DNA of 64,000 bases. It comes from Candidatus Latescibacterota bacterium (GTDB lineage: Bacteria; Latescibacterota; UBA2968; GCA-2709665). The position numbers and the translations under genes were made by a program. Positions 9,062 to 19,279 of the stretch are shown here, piece by piece. Position 1 is the stretch's first letter. Every line of letters starts with the position of its first letter. Below the pieces are notes generated by a model, which did not search any database, was not told the origin of the DNA, and was given only the letters and a program-made list of their open reading frames with translations. The stretch lies in assembly GCA_965219455.1 (NCBI GenBank), contig OZ244744.1, positions 2,240,001 through 2,304,000 of the forward strand, written 5' to 3'.

Positions 9062-9687
9062 CCTTCCACTCCGGGTTTGGAACCATGCACGTCCGGGGTT
9101 GACGGCGTTGAACAGACAGAATGACCCAATAGCGTCAGCAACTGCGCGACCAGTCGGTATGAAATGCCCCAGAGGACGCGCCGGCCGGAACCGGGCAGAT
9201 CGATGGTGTCAAAGAGACGTTCCGCGTTGTCGATCCGGAAACAGCGCTCCCGATGGCGTCTGGCGTCGGCGAGTACGTCTAACCCCACCCAGAAGGCGTC
9301 TTTCACTTCGTCGTTTGGAAGAAGCCGACCGCAAGTTCTGACGTCATAGACGAAACCCGACACCAGGATGGGTAGGGTGGCGCCTGTGACGTCATCCAGG
9401 CGACCGAGGTATTCGGCGTTCCCGAGATCCAGGCCGACTTCTTCCCGCGTCTCGCGCTCGGCAGCCAGGCGCGGGCTCCTATCGACAGGTTCGACCATAC
9501 CCCCCGGGAACGCGACGTGGCCGGACCACGGATCGTCATCACGCTGCGACCGCTGAATAAAAAGCAGTCGCACTGCTTGCGCATGTTGATGCAGAACCAT
9601 CGCGACGGCGGCACGGGTTTTGTCTCCGGAGGCCAGATGCGGCCGATATACTGTCAGAACCCGGCGGATGTCTGCAATCGAGGTCAT
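9058..9687 (-). CDS. Nudix hydrolase, CoA pyrophosphatase type
   Basis: AAVA, LLFIQRS, WSGHVAFPGG...AAERETREEVG Nudix box, LWGIS; start reset to MTSIAD. Confidence 0.88.
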   Translation of the reverse strand: MTSIADIRRVLTVYRPHLASGDKTRAAVAMVLHQHAQAVRLLFIQRSQRDDDPWSGHVAFPGGMVEPVDRSPRLAAERETREEVGLDLGNAEYLGRLDDVTGATLPILVSGFVYDVRTCGRLLPNDEVKDAFWVGLDVLADARRHRERCFRIDNAERLFDTIDLPGSGRRVLWGISYRLVAQLLTLLGHSVCSTPSTPDVHGSKPGVEG

Positions 9688-9846
9688 GGTGGCCTGATCC
9701 GGTGGACAATACCGGGGCCGGAGCCGGTTGGAACGTCGCTCACCCCTTGGTCCGGAGCCGGGGCGCCGTCTGCGCCTGAGGAATCCCGAAATGCCGAAGC
9801 ACCGGCACGGTCGGGATTGCGGCGCAACCAATTAAGTCGTTGTGTT

Positions 9847-10299
9847 TTAAGGGCTTTTTCGTCCCCTGGCTGGCTTGTGTTTTCGATATAGGCTGTAAAC
9901 CAGATATCCGAGGCCAAGACCGGCATTGATCAGCACCGGAACGCGGTATATGCTGACCATTTCGTACCTGAACACGGCACCCGAGGCGCCTGCGGAAACG
10001 ATCAGAAACGACAGGACGATAAGGGGTTTACAGATCACGGGCGGTACAAACGGTGCAGTTACGATAAACAAAAGCGCCGAGTGAAAGATGAAGAACCCGG
10101 CGTAGCCGTTTCTGACGGCCATGGCGAACTGCCAATCGTACCGGTAGGCCCAGACCAGATAAACGTGGGCGACGACAACAAGCGCGACCAGGGCGATCAC
10201 CGGGCGCTTGAAGGAACCCCTGGAGACGAGTACCAGATTCCCCGAAAGGCCGAGATAACCCAGAAAAGCCAGAAGAAACGTGAAGGTTTCGAGCGTCAA
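9847..10299 (-). CDS. Hypothetical integral membrane protein (~5 TM)
   Basis: Several hydrophobic segments and a basic C-terminal tail; start codon uncertain. Confidence 0.65.
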   Translation of the reverse strand: MTLETFTFLLAFLGYLGLSGNLVLVSRGSFKRPVIALVALVVVAHVYLVWAYRYDWQFAMAVRNGYAGFFIFHSALLFIVTAPFVPPVICKPLIVLSFLIVSAGASGAVFRYEMVSIYRVPVLINAGLGLGYLVYSLYRKHKPARGRKSP

Positions 10300-10653
10300 G
10301 GCGAGATCGTTATCGGCGACGTGGAAGCGTGCCGTGGATGCGCGGACCGAAGGACGTCGGACCGGAAGAGCGCACAAAAGCCGTAATCGGGAATGGGTCC
10401 ATTAAGGTGTCCATGCCCCTGGTAGAAGAAGGCACCTGCCCGGAGAGGACTTTTAAGACGTTAAACGGAAAGTTCAAGGAATGGGATTTAATCCGGACGC
10501 GCGCCGGCTGATGGTCGGCGGCTAAAGACAGTATCGAGGTGAATGGTTGTGATAAAACCGGCTTTGTGAGGCTCCCGCGGTATCCTGGAGGGCGCCGGAT
10601 GATGTGGAATCAGTCGCCGGGGATTTGCACACCGGACTCCTTCCGCCGTACTG

Positions 10654-11868
10654 CTATTCTCCGGTGTCCACCGGGTTTTTGATCCGGTCGATCTTATCCT
10701 CGCAGTACTTTTTCCACTTGCGGGCTCGGAGTCCCTTTTGGTAGCTCCGTATCGCTTTTTCCTTCCAACCCTGAGGCCGCCAGGCATCGTATATATCGCC
10801 GATGATGACGTGTGCCGGAACCCCGAACCTTCGGCTCGAAACGGCTTTTCGGGCGAGGTTCAGCGCGTTCTGATATTGTTTGAGTTCGACATAGGCGACC
10901 GCCGCCCTGTACTGGGCTTCGCTGTCTCTGGAGTTCAGGGCCAGGGCCTGCTGGTACGCAGAGACCGCGCTCCGGTAATTTTTCCCCCGTTCATGGGAGT
11001 GTCCCAGCGCCGTGTAGACCTTGACCTTGTCTTTCCTGGTAGGCGCCACAGCAACGGCTTTTCTGAGCGTGGCGACTGCTTTTGAACGTTGTTTCGTGCT
11101 ATTGTAAACGACGGCCAGGTTGCGATAGGCGTTGATATTCCTCTTGTCTTTGCAATTCGGATCGCTATCGATTGCCCGGTTGTAACTCCGGATTGCCCTG
11201 CTGTTTTTCTTGGTAATCCGATACAGGTCCCCCAGTTGCCGGTGGGCCTTGGCGTATTTCGGGTTGAGTTCTACGGCCGTATTGAAGGCGTTCTCCGCCT
11301 GTCTATACTTTCGGGAATGTCTGGCGGCTAACCCCAGATTGTAGTAATTGGTGGCATCCGTCGGATCGAGTTGCGTGGCATTTTCGTACTCTTCAATCGC
11401 CTTCCTGTAATTCTTGCGAAGAAGGTAATCCCTGCCTTGCTTTGCATAGGCCGCCTTCAGGAGTTTCCTGACGCCGCCATCCAGAAAATTGGCGTCCAGA
11501 TTCAGGACCACCTTAAACGCCACCTGTGCGTCCTTGTAATTTTTCAGGTTGAAATACAGATTGCCCAGTTCATAATGGGCTTCTGCGTAATCCGGTTTTA
11601 CAGTTGCGGCCATCCTGAAATTGCCGATGGCCTTGTCAGTATCTTTGAGCTTCTGATAGGTCTTGGCCATGCCCCGATACGCCTGGGCGTTATTGCCGTC
11701 CAGTTTGACGGCTTCTTCGAACGCCTGCAGGGCTTGCTGATAACGCCTTTTCTCGAAGAGCGTCTGACCGGCGTTGTATTTTTCCGCCGATTCGGGAGAC
11801 ACTTGAGCCCACGCCGGCTGGCAGAACAGAAGACACAAAAGCAGGAGAAATGGCTGTCGACAACGCAT
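10654..11868 (-). CDS. Secreted tetratricopeptide-repeat protein
   Basis: Signal peptide ending AWA-Q; many TPR units (A.E.YN.G...A...F..A..LDP). Confidence 0.88.
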   Translation of the reverse strand: MRCRQPFLLLLCLLFCQPAWAQVSPESAEKYNAGQTLFEKRRYQQALQAFEEAVKLDGNNAQAYRGMAKTYQKLKDTDKAIGNFRMAATVKPDYAEAHYELGNLYFNLKNYKDAQVAFKVVLNLDANFLDGGVRKLLKAAYAKQGRDYLLRKNYRKAIEEYENATQLDPTDATNYYNLGLAARHSRKYRQAENAFNTAVELNPKYAKAHRQLGDLYRITKKNSRAIRSYNRAIDSDPNCKDKRNINAYRNLAVVYNSTKQRSKAVATLRKAVAVAPTRKDKVKVYTALGHSHERGKNYRSAVSAYQQALALNSRDSEAQYRAAVAYVELKQYQNALNLARKAVSSRRFGVPAHVIIGDIYDAWRPQGWKEKAIRSYQKGLRARKWKKYCEDKIDRIKNPVDTGE

Positions 11869-11971
11869 ATCAGGTGATCCTCTCGAAAATGCCGGTTAAC
11901 AGGAACGCGATTTACAGACGGATAATATTGCCATTTTCCGAGTTGCTGTCAACCGCTTTAGACAAGCGGAA

Positions 11972-11998
11972 AGGCCACCACCGGTTACGTGATGGCCT
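11972..11998 (-). terminator. Probable intrinsic terminator after tonB
   Basis: Minus strand AGGCCATCAC-gtaaccg-GTGGTGGCCT followed by a short T run. Confidence 0.45.
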
Positions 11999-12027
11999 CC
12001 GCGGAGTTGAAATTGCCCGGCTCGGGT

Positions 12028-12699
12028 TCAATCGTGCAGCTTGAAGCGGATGCGCTGGGTCATCCAGACATTCACGGGTTTGTCGTTCTGGATGGCCGGC
12101 TTGAATACGAATTGTCTCACGGCATTGATGGCCGCCTGCCTGAAAATTTCCTGGCCCTTTAATACCGTAACCCTGTCCGTCCGCCCATCTTTGCGTACCA
12201 TAAACTTGACGAAAACGTTGCCCACCAACCCCGCTTTGCGCGCAATTTCGGGGTAGTCTGGGTTGACTTGCTTGATCAGCTCCGGTTTTTCCTCCACGCT
12301 CCAGAACTCCATCACTTCCTCTTCCATCGGCGCTTCGGTAGCACCCGGTGGAGGGGGTGGCAGATCTACGGGCGCCTGATCCAGGTTGAGGTCGGTCGTT
12401 TCGATGGTCACGTCGTCGGGTACGTCGTCGCTCTCGGTCTCAACCGGCATGGCGGGCCTTGGCGGAGGGGGCGGGCGCTGAATCTGGCGCGTCTCCGGAA
12501 TCTCCTCCATCTGGATGATGATCTGGTCTTTCTTGCCCGCCGAGGCCCGTATATCGAACGTGGGAAAAAGGATAGCCATTAAAAGGTGCAGGGCGCAGGA
12601 AATACCGACCGACGACCAGAAGACTTTGGGATAACGCCTTCTGAGATCGTGTTCAGGGTATTTCCTGCGGACGATATCCTTCCCTTTGATATAGGCCAT
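12028..12699 (-). CDS. tonB: Energy transducer TonB
   Basis: N-terminal TM with S...H, Pro-rich linker, C-terminal YPEIARKAGLVG.VFVKF...F.PA.Q..KPV domain. Confidence 0.9.
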   Translation of the reverse strand: MAYIKGKDIVRRKYPEHDLRRRYPKVFWSSVGISCALHLLMAILFPTFDIRASAGKKDQIIIQMEEIPETRQIQRPPPPPRPAMPVETESDDVPDDVTIETTDLNLDQAPVDLPPPPPGATEAPMEEEVMEFWSVEEKPELIKQVNPDYPEIARKAGLVGNVFVKFMVRKDGRTDRVTVLKGQEIFRQAAINAVRQFVFKPAIQNDKPVNVWMTQRIRFKLHD

Positions 12700-12704
12700 A
12701 TGCG

Positions 12705-13115
12705 TTACCTCTCTCGATCGGTTGCAAAGTTGACGCGGAGGGCGTCGGCCTTGCGAAGTTCCTCGATCACTCTGGAGACCAGCCCGTAGGGCGCGCGTGT
12801 ATCGGACTTCAGGGAAACGATCAGGCGCGGATTCTGGACCCGGCGTTCGTAGAAGATGGGGGCAACCTGATTGATCTGAGCGATTTTATCGTCGATGTAG
12901 ACCTTCTGGTCTGCGGAGATCCAGACATAGGATATGTGGCGACGCGTTTTGATTTCCTCGACCTTTTCCGCTTTGGGCAGCACAATACCGGTGACCCGAT
13001 AGCGGACAAAAACCGTCGTGACCATGAAAAAGATCAGGAGGAGAAAGGCGATATCTGCCATTGAACCGGTCGGAATGGACGTATGTACCCCGGATTTTTT
13101 TGAAAAATCTGCCAT
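12705..13115 (-). CDS. exbD: ExbD/TolR family protein
   Basis: SMADIAFLLLIFFMVTT, SLKSD...Y. Confidence 0.9.
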   Translation of the reverse strand: MADFSKKSGVHTSIPTGSMADIAFLLLIFFMVTTVFVRYRVTGIVLPKAEKVEEIKTRRHISYVWISADQKVYIDDKIAQINQVAPIFYERRVQNPRLIVSLKSDTRAPYGLVSRVIEELRKADALRVNFATDRER

Positions 13116-13143
13116 GCTGAGGGTCTCCTGTTGCCGGACGGGT

Positions 13144-13560
13144 CTACTTTTCCGGGGATGCTAGAGAGATCCGCGTTGCGCCAGAAAGCTTGATCTCATC
13201 CAGAACGTTTATGAATGCGTTATAGGGGGTCTCCTCATCGGCTTTGAGAGAAACGATCAGCTTGTCGTTTTCGCCCAGACGCCGCTCAACGTCGGCGCGG
13301 AGTTGCGTCAGAGGTATTTCCTGTTCCAGGTTGATAAGAATATCGCCGCCGGCATTCACCCAGACGTTGCAGATGTTCTTCTTCTGGATCTTTTTGTTTT
13401 CTCCGGCGGGCGGAAGCTGCATCCCAATGCCCTTGTCCTGGTTCATCGTGGTGGTCACCAGGAAAAAGACGATCAGCAGAAAGGCGATGTCCGCCATTGA
13501 CGAAGTCGGAATTTCAGGGTTGGATTTGTTTCGCCTTGACAGCGCTGGCTTGTTTGCCAT
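13144..13560 (-). CDS. exbD: ExbD/TolR family protein
   Basis: SMADIAFLLIVFFLVTT, LKADEETPY...VLDE. Confidence 0.9.
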   Translation of the reverse strand: MANKPALSRRNKSNPEIPTSSMADIAFLLIVFFLVTTTMNQDKGIGMQLPPAGENKKIQKKNICNVWVNAGGDILINLEQEIPLTQLRADVERRLGENDKLIVSLKADEETPYNAFINVLDEIKLSGATRISLASPEK

Positions 13561-13563
13561 GGC

Positions 13564-14190
13564 CTATTCTCCCGCAGGGGTATCGTAGCCGGCCCGGATC
13601 AGTTCGTCCACGAACTGAGAAGAACTTTCCTGCATATCGATGATGATTTTATCGATCTTGGAAACAAAAAGGTTGTGAAATGCCTGGATGGGAATGGCGA
13701 TAACCAGGCCGGAGGCGGTGGTGATAAGTGCCTCGGAAATGCCGGAAGCCACAATACTGGGCTCTACGTCGCCGGCTTTTGCAATGGCGTCGAAGGCGCT
13801 GATCATGCCGCTCACGGTCCCGAGGAATCCGAGCAGCGGGGCGATATTGGCCACGGTGGACAACCAGACCATGCCTTTTTCCAGGAAAGCCATTTCAATG
13901 GCGCCGGATTCTTCGATGGCCTTTTCCACGTGTTCAATCCCTCGATCGAGACGGAGAAGGCCGGCATGGAGAACCGAGGCCACCGGGCCTCGGTGGCTCG
14001 CGCAGACTTCGGCGACGCCTTCCGGCCCTCGTTGCTTGAGCGCTTCCTGAACCGCAGTGAAAAATTCCCGGGTGTCGATTGAAGACCGCCACAGCGACCA
14101 GAAACGTTCAATACTAACCGCAATACCGAAAAGCAACATAAGCAGTAGCGGGTGCATAAAGGGCCCGCCGTTAACATAAAGTTCAACCAT
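13564..14190 (-). CDS. exbB: MotA/TolQ/ExbB proton channel protein
   Basis: APLLGFLGTVSGMISAF, GISEALITTASGL. Confidence 0.92.
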   Translation of the reverse strand: MVELYVNGGPFMHPLLLMLLFGIAVSIERFWSLWRSSIDTREFFTAVQEALKQRGPEGVAEVCASHRGPVASVLHAGLLRLDRGIEHVEKAIEESGAIEMAFLEKGMVWLSTVANIAPLLGFLGTVSGMISAFDAIAKAGDVEPSIVASGISEALITTASGLVIAIPIQAFHNLFVSKIDKIIIDMQESSSQFVDELIRAGYDTPAGE

Positions 14191-14376
14191 GCTTCAATCC
14201 CCCAGTTGATGATGTGAATGTTCGCTTCGGTGGTATAATGCGCGAAAGAAGCGCAGGCCGCCGACGATTGTCCACGATTCAATTAGGATCCCGGACGGTC
14301 CGCGAGCCCTGGCATTCTGAAAATTGACGCGACGCAGTAACGGAGAATTCGTCGCATTTCCAGAGACCGGCATGCC

Positions 14377-15579
14377 CTATTTTTTGCCTTCGATATCTAC
14401 CTCCTCCTCTTTCTTCTTTTTAAAGAATTCCAGTCTCTTTTTCTCCTCCTCGGAGATGGGAGGATTGATTTCATCGATCATCCGCTTGGCGTTTCCGGCC
14501 CAAAGAGGATCTCTTCCGGCTCTCTTGAACCATTTCAGCGCGTTGACGGAATCCCGGTCGGCATTGGATTTTTTCCATTTTCTGTAATGGAACTCTCCTC
14601 GCATGTAGTTGAATTTCCCGTTTCCCGGATCCAATCTGAGCCCTCTGTCGACCAGATTAATATCACCGGTTAAATCGGCCAGTTGCTCGACGACGCTCAG
14701 GTTATCGGGCTGAAGCCTGATCATTTTTCTCAGGAGGCCGATCTGAAACCGCCTGGGTTTTTCGAGCAGTTTACCAAGCGCAAGCAACTGGTCCAGATAA
14801 AGATAATCCTCCGGGTTGCGGGCGCGGAGTTTCTGATACGCGCTGAATGCCTTCCGGTCCATTCCGAGCCGCCGGTACATTCTGGCGAGATGGTCCAGCG
14901 TGGCGTAATCTTCGGGGTTTATTTCCAGAAGCCGCTCCATCTCCTTGAGGGCTTCGTCTTCGTCACCCATATACAGGGTGAGCTTTGCAATCGCATCCTG
15001 GACTTCGGGATTGTCCGGCTCCAATTCGCTCCAGCTGCGCGTATGCTTCAGCGCCGACTCGTAGTCTTCGATATCGATATAAAGTGTGACCAGGTGGTGC
15101 AGGTATTGGATTTGCTTTTCCGGCTCTTTGGCAATGCTGAGGAGCTTTTCGTAAACCTCGATGGCCTCCTGCCACATTTCTTCCATTTTGAAAAGCTGTC
15201 CGAGGTAGTAGAGGGCGTTACGCGCATTAGGACCCGCCGGATTCAGGTCGATCGCTTTCTTGAACCAGGTAATGGCGTCATCTGGTTTTTCGGTCTCATT
15301 ATACATCTTAGCCAGATAGTAGGCGGTCTGGGCATTCCGGGGATTGAAGTCCCATGATTTGGTCAATTGCACATGGGCGTCTTCGTATTGTTTGTTTTCC
15401 AGATATCGCTTGCCAAAGTAAACGTGTTTCCGTGACATTGCCCCCGAGTCGACGGGCGCTTCCCGTGGCTTGTGCTTGTCCTTCTTCGACTTTCTTCTGG
15501 CCTCGACCGGGGACAACAGTCCCAGGATAAGGAAACCGCAAAGAAAAATAACGACGACGTCTGAAAGTCTGGATTTCAT
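14377..15579 (-). CDS. Secreted tetratricopeptide-repeat protein
   Basis: Signal-like N-terminus (MKSRLSDVVVIFLCGFLILG...VEA) and TPR units; start reset to the ATG at 15579. Confidence 0.82.
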   Translation of the reverse strand: MKSRLSDVVVIFLCGFLILGLLSPVEARRKSKKDKHKPREAPVDSGAMSRKHVYFGKRYLENKQYEDAHVQLTKSWDFNPRNAQTAYYLAKMYNETEKPDDAITWFKKAIDLNPAGPNARNALYYLGQLFKMEEMWQEAIEVYEKLLSIAKEPEKQIQYLHHLVTLYIDIEDYESALKHTRSWSELEPDNPEVQDAIAKLTLYMGDEDEALKEMERLLEINPEDYATLDHLARMYRRLGMDRKAFSAYQKLRARNPEDYLYLDQLLALGKLLEKPRRFQIGLLRKMIRLQPDNLSVVEQLADLTGDINLVDRGLRLDPGNGKFNYMRGEFHYRKWKKSNADRDSVNALKWFKRAGRDPLWAGNAKRMIDEINPPISEEEKKRLEFFKKKKEEEVDIEGKK

Positions 15580-15680
15580 GACAACCACTCCACGTCGAGA
15601 CAACACTTCTAAACCGCCGATACTGCGTAAATCGCTGGTATCAAGACGCATAGACGTTGTGTAATTCTTAGAAACATAGA

Positions 15681-15709
15681 AATCTAACGAATAGGAATTT
15701 GGATGTCAA
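15681..15709 (-). promoter_or_regulatory. Sigma70-like promoter of the TPR-exbB-exbD-exbD-tonB unit
   Basis: Minus strand TTGACA-N17-TAGATT. Confidence 0.6.
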
Positions 15710-15943
15710 GGCAAAATCCATACCTATCTTAAGGAATTGAAAACGCGACGCGGCGGGAAAATTGACCCGGGGCGACACGATGGATGAGTCGCAAGCTCCT
15801 TCCAGGCAATCCTCTCCAAATGCCTGTTGACACATCTTGGTGAATCCGGTATAATTGGAATACTATCTTTGGGACGGATTTACGATCATAGCAGTCGCAC
15901 CCGGGAGTCTCGCATGCACAAGAAAATCTGGGCATCCGACCTG

Positions 15944-16106
15944 GCGTTCCGTCACGGAAATATGTCACCATTCATCCGACGATTCATCCCGTCTCGCTGT
16001 GTTGCCCTCGCTCGCCGACCTTGCCCAGGTCGCCTGCACTCAGGCGCCTTGCGAGCCCAGCGACTCGTCGGCCGAATTTCAGCACCCTATTTCCGCGACA
16101 GAACAC
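15944..16106. mobile_element. MITE family B, long copy (~163 bp)
   Basis: Imperfect 19-bp TIRs GCGTTCCGTCACGGAAATA / TATTTCCGCGACAGAACAC; homologous to 16350..16405 and 30610..30719. Confidence 0.75.
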
Positions 16107-16159
16107 TCGCCGTTAAGGACAGGTCTTCTCCGCCTTTGCTCACGTGCGCGGGGAGGAGG

Positions 16160-16259
16160 TGTCCGGCCTTGTAATGGGCAGCTATGCAAACCCCTTGACA
16201 CTGTCCGGCCTTGTAATGGGCAGCTATGCAAACCCCTTGACACGTGTGTCAAGGGGTTT
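16160..16259. repeat. 42-bp tandem duplication ending in a 14-bp inverted repeat
   Basis: TGTCCGGCCTTGTAATGGGCAGCTATGCAAACCCCTTGACAC occurs twice; the end of the second copy forms AAACCCCTTGACAC-gt-GTGTCAAGGGGTTT. Confidence 0.9.
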
Positions 16260-16308
16260 CTTGTATCCGGATATGAAGTAATGGCTGAGCGCGAAAGCGC
16301 CGCAATAC

Positions 16309-16534
16309 TTAACAGTCCGTTGACAAAGTCGCTCTGCAGGCGAGGTCTCGTGTCCCGTCCCAGAAATATGTCACCATTCGGCAATCTATTTCCGGGACAG
16401 AACACTTGCGATTGTGAACGAAGACAAGGCGCGCGACCGAGTCGAATCGGGGGATTCGGGGAGGGAGCGCAACGCAGCAATTCGGCCACAAGAGCCGGCC
16501 GCAGACCGGATGGACTTTTTCAACGGGCTGCTAA
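16309..16534. mobile_element. MITE family A, full copy carrying a nested family B element
   Basis: Ends TTAACAGTCCGTTGACAAAG / CTTTTTCAACGGGCTGCTAA; colinear with 44584..44750 except for the insert. Confidence 0.85.
16350..16405. mobile_element. MITE family B, minimal 56-bp copy nested in family A
   Basis: GTGTCCCGTCCCAGAAATATGTCACCATTCGGCAATCTATTTCCGGGACAGAACAC. Confidence 0.8.
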
Positions 16535-16548
16535 ACGGGGAGACACCT

Positions 16549-18021
16549 ATGGACAGATCTACGGAAAAAATCGCCAAAGAGGGTCTGACTTATGACGATG
16601 TGTTGTTGATTCCCGGAAAATCCGAAGTACTGCCCAACCAGGTGGATCTGACCACGCAACTCACCCGTATGATCAGGTTGAATATTCCACTGGTGAGTGC
16701 CGCCATGGATACGGTTACCGAAGCCCGGCTGGCCGTCGCACTTGCCCAGGAGGGCGGTATCGGAATTGTCCACAGGAATCTGTCCATCGACGAGCAGACC
16801 GAGGAAGTGGCCAAGGTGAAGCGGTCGGAAAGCGGGATGATCGTCGATCCGTTGACGCTTTCACCCGATAATTATATTCGAGAAGCGCTGGAGATGATGT
16901 CCAAGTATCGAATTTCCGGAGTGCCGATCGTTGATGGCGGAAAGAGGCTGGTGGGCATCCTGACCAACCGGGACCTCAGGTTCGAAAAGAACGTGCATCG
17001 GAAGGTGTCCGAGGTCATGACGCACAAGGGGCTGGTGACGGCCCGGTTGGGGATATCTCTTGAGGAAGCACAGGAAATTCTCCAGGAACATCGTATTGAA
17101 AAGTTGCCCGTGGTCGACGAGAAAGGCGTGCTTAAAGGCTTGATCACCGTAAAGGATATTGAGAAAAAGATCCAGTATCCGCACGCGTGCAAAGACAACC
17201 TCGGAAGGCTACGCGTCGGCGCCGCGGTGGGGGTGGGTAATGACCTGGAAGCCCGTGTCGGAACGCTGGTTGACCGGGACGTGGATGTGATTGTCGTGGA
17301 TACGGCGCACGGACACTCGCGGGGTGTTCTTGAAGCCGTCGAACGCATCAAGAATGCCTTTCCGGAAACCGAAGTGATTGCCGGAAACATTGTAACGGCC
17401 GAAGCGGCCCGGGATTTGATTCTGGCTGGAACGGATGCCGTCAAGGTTGGCATGGGGCCTTCGGCAAGTTGCACCACCCGGGTGATCGCCGGAGCCGGCG
17501 TGCCCCAGGTTTCGGCGATTATGGATTGCGCCGAGGTTGCGGAGAAGGCCGGCATTCCGGTGATCGCTGACGGCGGAATCACCCAGTCGGGAGATATCAC
17601 CAAGGCCATCGCGGCCGGCGCGAATTCCGTGATGATCGGATTCCTGTTCGCTGGGACGGACGAGAGTCCCGGAGAGACGATCATTTATCAGGGACGGACG
17701 TTCAAGGTTTATCGGGGTATGGGTTCGCTGGGCGCAATGCAGCGGGGAAGCAGGGACAGATATTTCCAGGGAGATGTTGAACCCAACAAACTGGTACCCG
17801 AGGGAATTGAAGGGCAGGTTCCATACAAAGGTTCAATTTCAGGATTCATATATCAACTCGTTGGCGGGTTGAGAGCGGGCATGGGCTATTGCGGAACGAG
17901 AACCATTGCGGAACTCCAGAGGAACGGTCGATTCGTGAAAGTGTCGTCGGCCGGTGTCCGGGAGAGCCATGCGCACGACGTGTCGGTTACGAAAGAGGCG
18001 CCAAACTACCGGCTGGAGTAG
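16549..18021 (+). CDS. guaB: IMP dehydrogenase with CBS pair
   Basis: [23 protein letters not shown] domains, DTAHGHS, CTTR, YRGMGS, VPEGIEG; start reset to the ATG at 16549 because the upstream ORF extension is MITE sequence. Confidence 0.95.
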   Translation: MDRSTEKIAKEGLTYDDVLLIPGKSEVLPNQVDLTTQLTRMIRLNIPLVSAAMDTVTEARLAVALAQEGGIGIVHRNLSIDEQTEEVAKVKRSESGMIVDPLTLSPDNYIREALEMMSKYRISGVPIVDGGKRLVGILTNRDLRFEKNVHRKVSEVMTHKGLVTARLGISLEEAQEILQEHRIEKLPVVDEKGVLKGLITVKDIEKKIQYPHACKDNLGRLRVGAAVGVGNDLEARVGTLVDRDVDVIVVDTAHGHSRGVLEAVERIKNAFPETEVIAGNIVTAEAARDLILAGTDAVKVGMGPSASCTTRVIAGAGVPQVSAIMDCAEVAEKAGIPVIADGGITQSGDITKAIAAGANSVMIGFLFAGTDESPGETIIYQGRTFKVYRGMGSLGAMQRGSRDRYFQGDVEPNKLVPEGIEGQVPYKGSISGFIYQLVGGLRAGMGYCGTRTIAELQRNGRFVKVSSAGVRESHAHDVSVTKEAPNYRLE

Positions 18022-18106
18022 AACCCGGACGGCGGGACGGCACACGGCAGATGGTACTTCACATCTGCCGTTTCACATGGAGTTCCGAGGCGCCCGGGAG
18101 GCGAGC

Positions 18107-19234
18107 GTGCAGATCGATATCGAGGAAATTCGGACCCGGTTTCCCGTTACGCGGAATTGGATTTACATGAATCACGCCGGTATCGCGCCCATCTCACAGT
18201 GCGTCTACGGGGCAATGGACGGTATGCTGCGGGACCTGACCCACAACGGTATGGCAAACCTGCCCGAATGGGACGAGGTATGTAATCAGACGCGGGAATC
18301 GGCCGCCCGTCTGATTGGCGCAAACGCGGCGGAAATTGCCTTTGTCAAGAATACGACTGAAGGTATCTTGATGGTCGCCAACGGATTGGCGTGGCGGGAG
18401 GGCGACAACGTCGTCATCCCCGATCGGGGATTCCCGGCTAATATCTACCCGTGGTTGAACCTGCGTTCAGAAGGCGTCGAGGTCCGGCGTGTTCCCGAGG
18501 TTGACGGCCGTATCCCCTTGAAGGGCTTGTTGAACGCTGTCGACGAACGGACACGAGTGCTTTCCGTGAGTTCAGTGGAGTTCGCAAGCGGATTCAGGCA
18601 CGACCTGCGGAAAATCGGCAGATTCTGTAGAGAGCGGGGCGTTCTTTTCTTTGTGGACGTTATTCAGAGCCTCGGGGTGCTGAACCTGGACGTGGCTGAC
18701 GCCGAAATCGATTTTGTTTCGGCCGACGCTCACAAATGGCTTCTGGGTCCGGAGGGAATCGGCGTCTTCTATTGCTCACACCACGCCCGGCCAAACCTGC
18801 GCGTGGTGAATCTGGGCTGGGCGAACGTCGTGGAGCCGAGGGATTTTCTTTCGTACGATACCACTCTATTGTCCGATGCGCAGCGGTTTGAATGCGGCAC
18901 ATTGAATACGGTCGGCATCCACGGGTTGAGGGCCGGTCTCGAACTCCTTCATCGTGTCGGCATCGAACGGATCGAGGCGAGGGTATTGTCATTAACCGAT
19001 CAACTCTGCACCGGGCTCGAGGAAAAAGGTTATCGGGTGGTCAGTTCGCGAGCTGGAGGCGAAAAGTCGGGCATTGTCGTCTTCCACCATTCCCGGATCG
19101 CCACGGAAGCCATTTATCGGAAGCTGAACGGGGCACGGATCGTTTGCGCGATACGGGGGGGACGTATCCGACTGTCGCCGCATTTCTACAATACCGAAGA
19201 GGAAGTCGATCGTGTGCTGGAAACCATTCCGTAA
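18107..19234 (+). CDS. Aminotransferase class V, PLP-dependent enzyme
   Basis: YMNHAG, KNTTEG, DVIQSLG, DAHKWLLGPEG, RLSPHFYN; GTG start after GGAGG. Confidence 0.88.
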   Translation: MQIDIEEIRTRFPVTRNWIYMNHAGIAPISQCVYGAMDGMLRDLTHNGMANLPEWDEVCNQTRESAARLIGANAAEIAFVKNTTEGILMVANGLAWREGDNVVIPDRGFPANIYPWLNLRSEGVEVRRVPEVDGRIPLKGLLNAVDERTRVLSVSSVEFASGFRHDLRKIGRFCRERGVLFFVDVIQSLGVLNLDVADAEIDFVSADAHKWLLGPEGIGVFYCSHHARPNLRVVNLGWANVVEPRDFLSYDTTLLSDAQRFECGTLNTVGIHGLRAGLELLHRVGIERIEARVLSLTDQLCTGLEEKGYRVVSSRAGGEKSGIVVFHHSRIATEAIYRKLNGARIVCAIRGGRIRLSPHFYNTEEEVDRVLETIP

Positions 19235-19279
19235 GACGCTTAACCGCGTCGCAGGCGGCGAAACCCGCGCAGGGTGCAT

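Noticed and set aside
10654-15579. TPR-ExbB-ExbD-ExbD-TonB-TPR cluster as a novel system
   Set aside because: This arrangement, including the two ExbD genes, is familiar from FCB-group bacteria
16160-16243. Tandem 42-bp repeats as a CRISPR array
   Set aside because: Only two adjacent copies, no spacer, and no cas genes in the window
15855-16595. 246-aa ORF and the N-terminal extension of guaB from 16414
   Set aside because: Made of MITE and tandem-repeat sequence; the same peptide text recurs at other MITE copies
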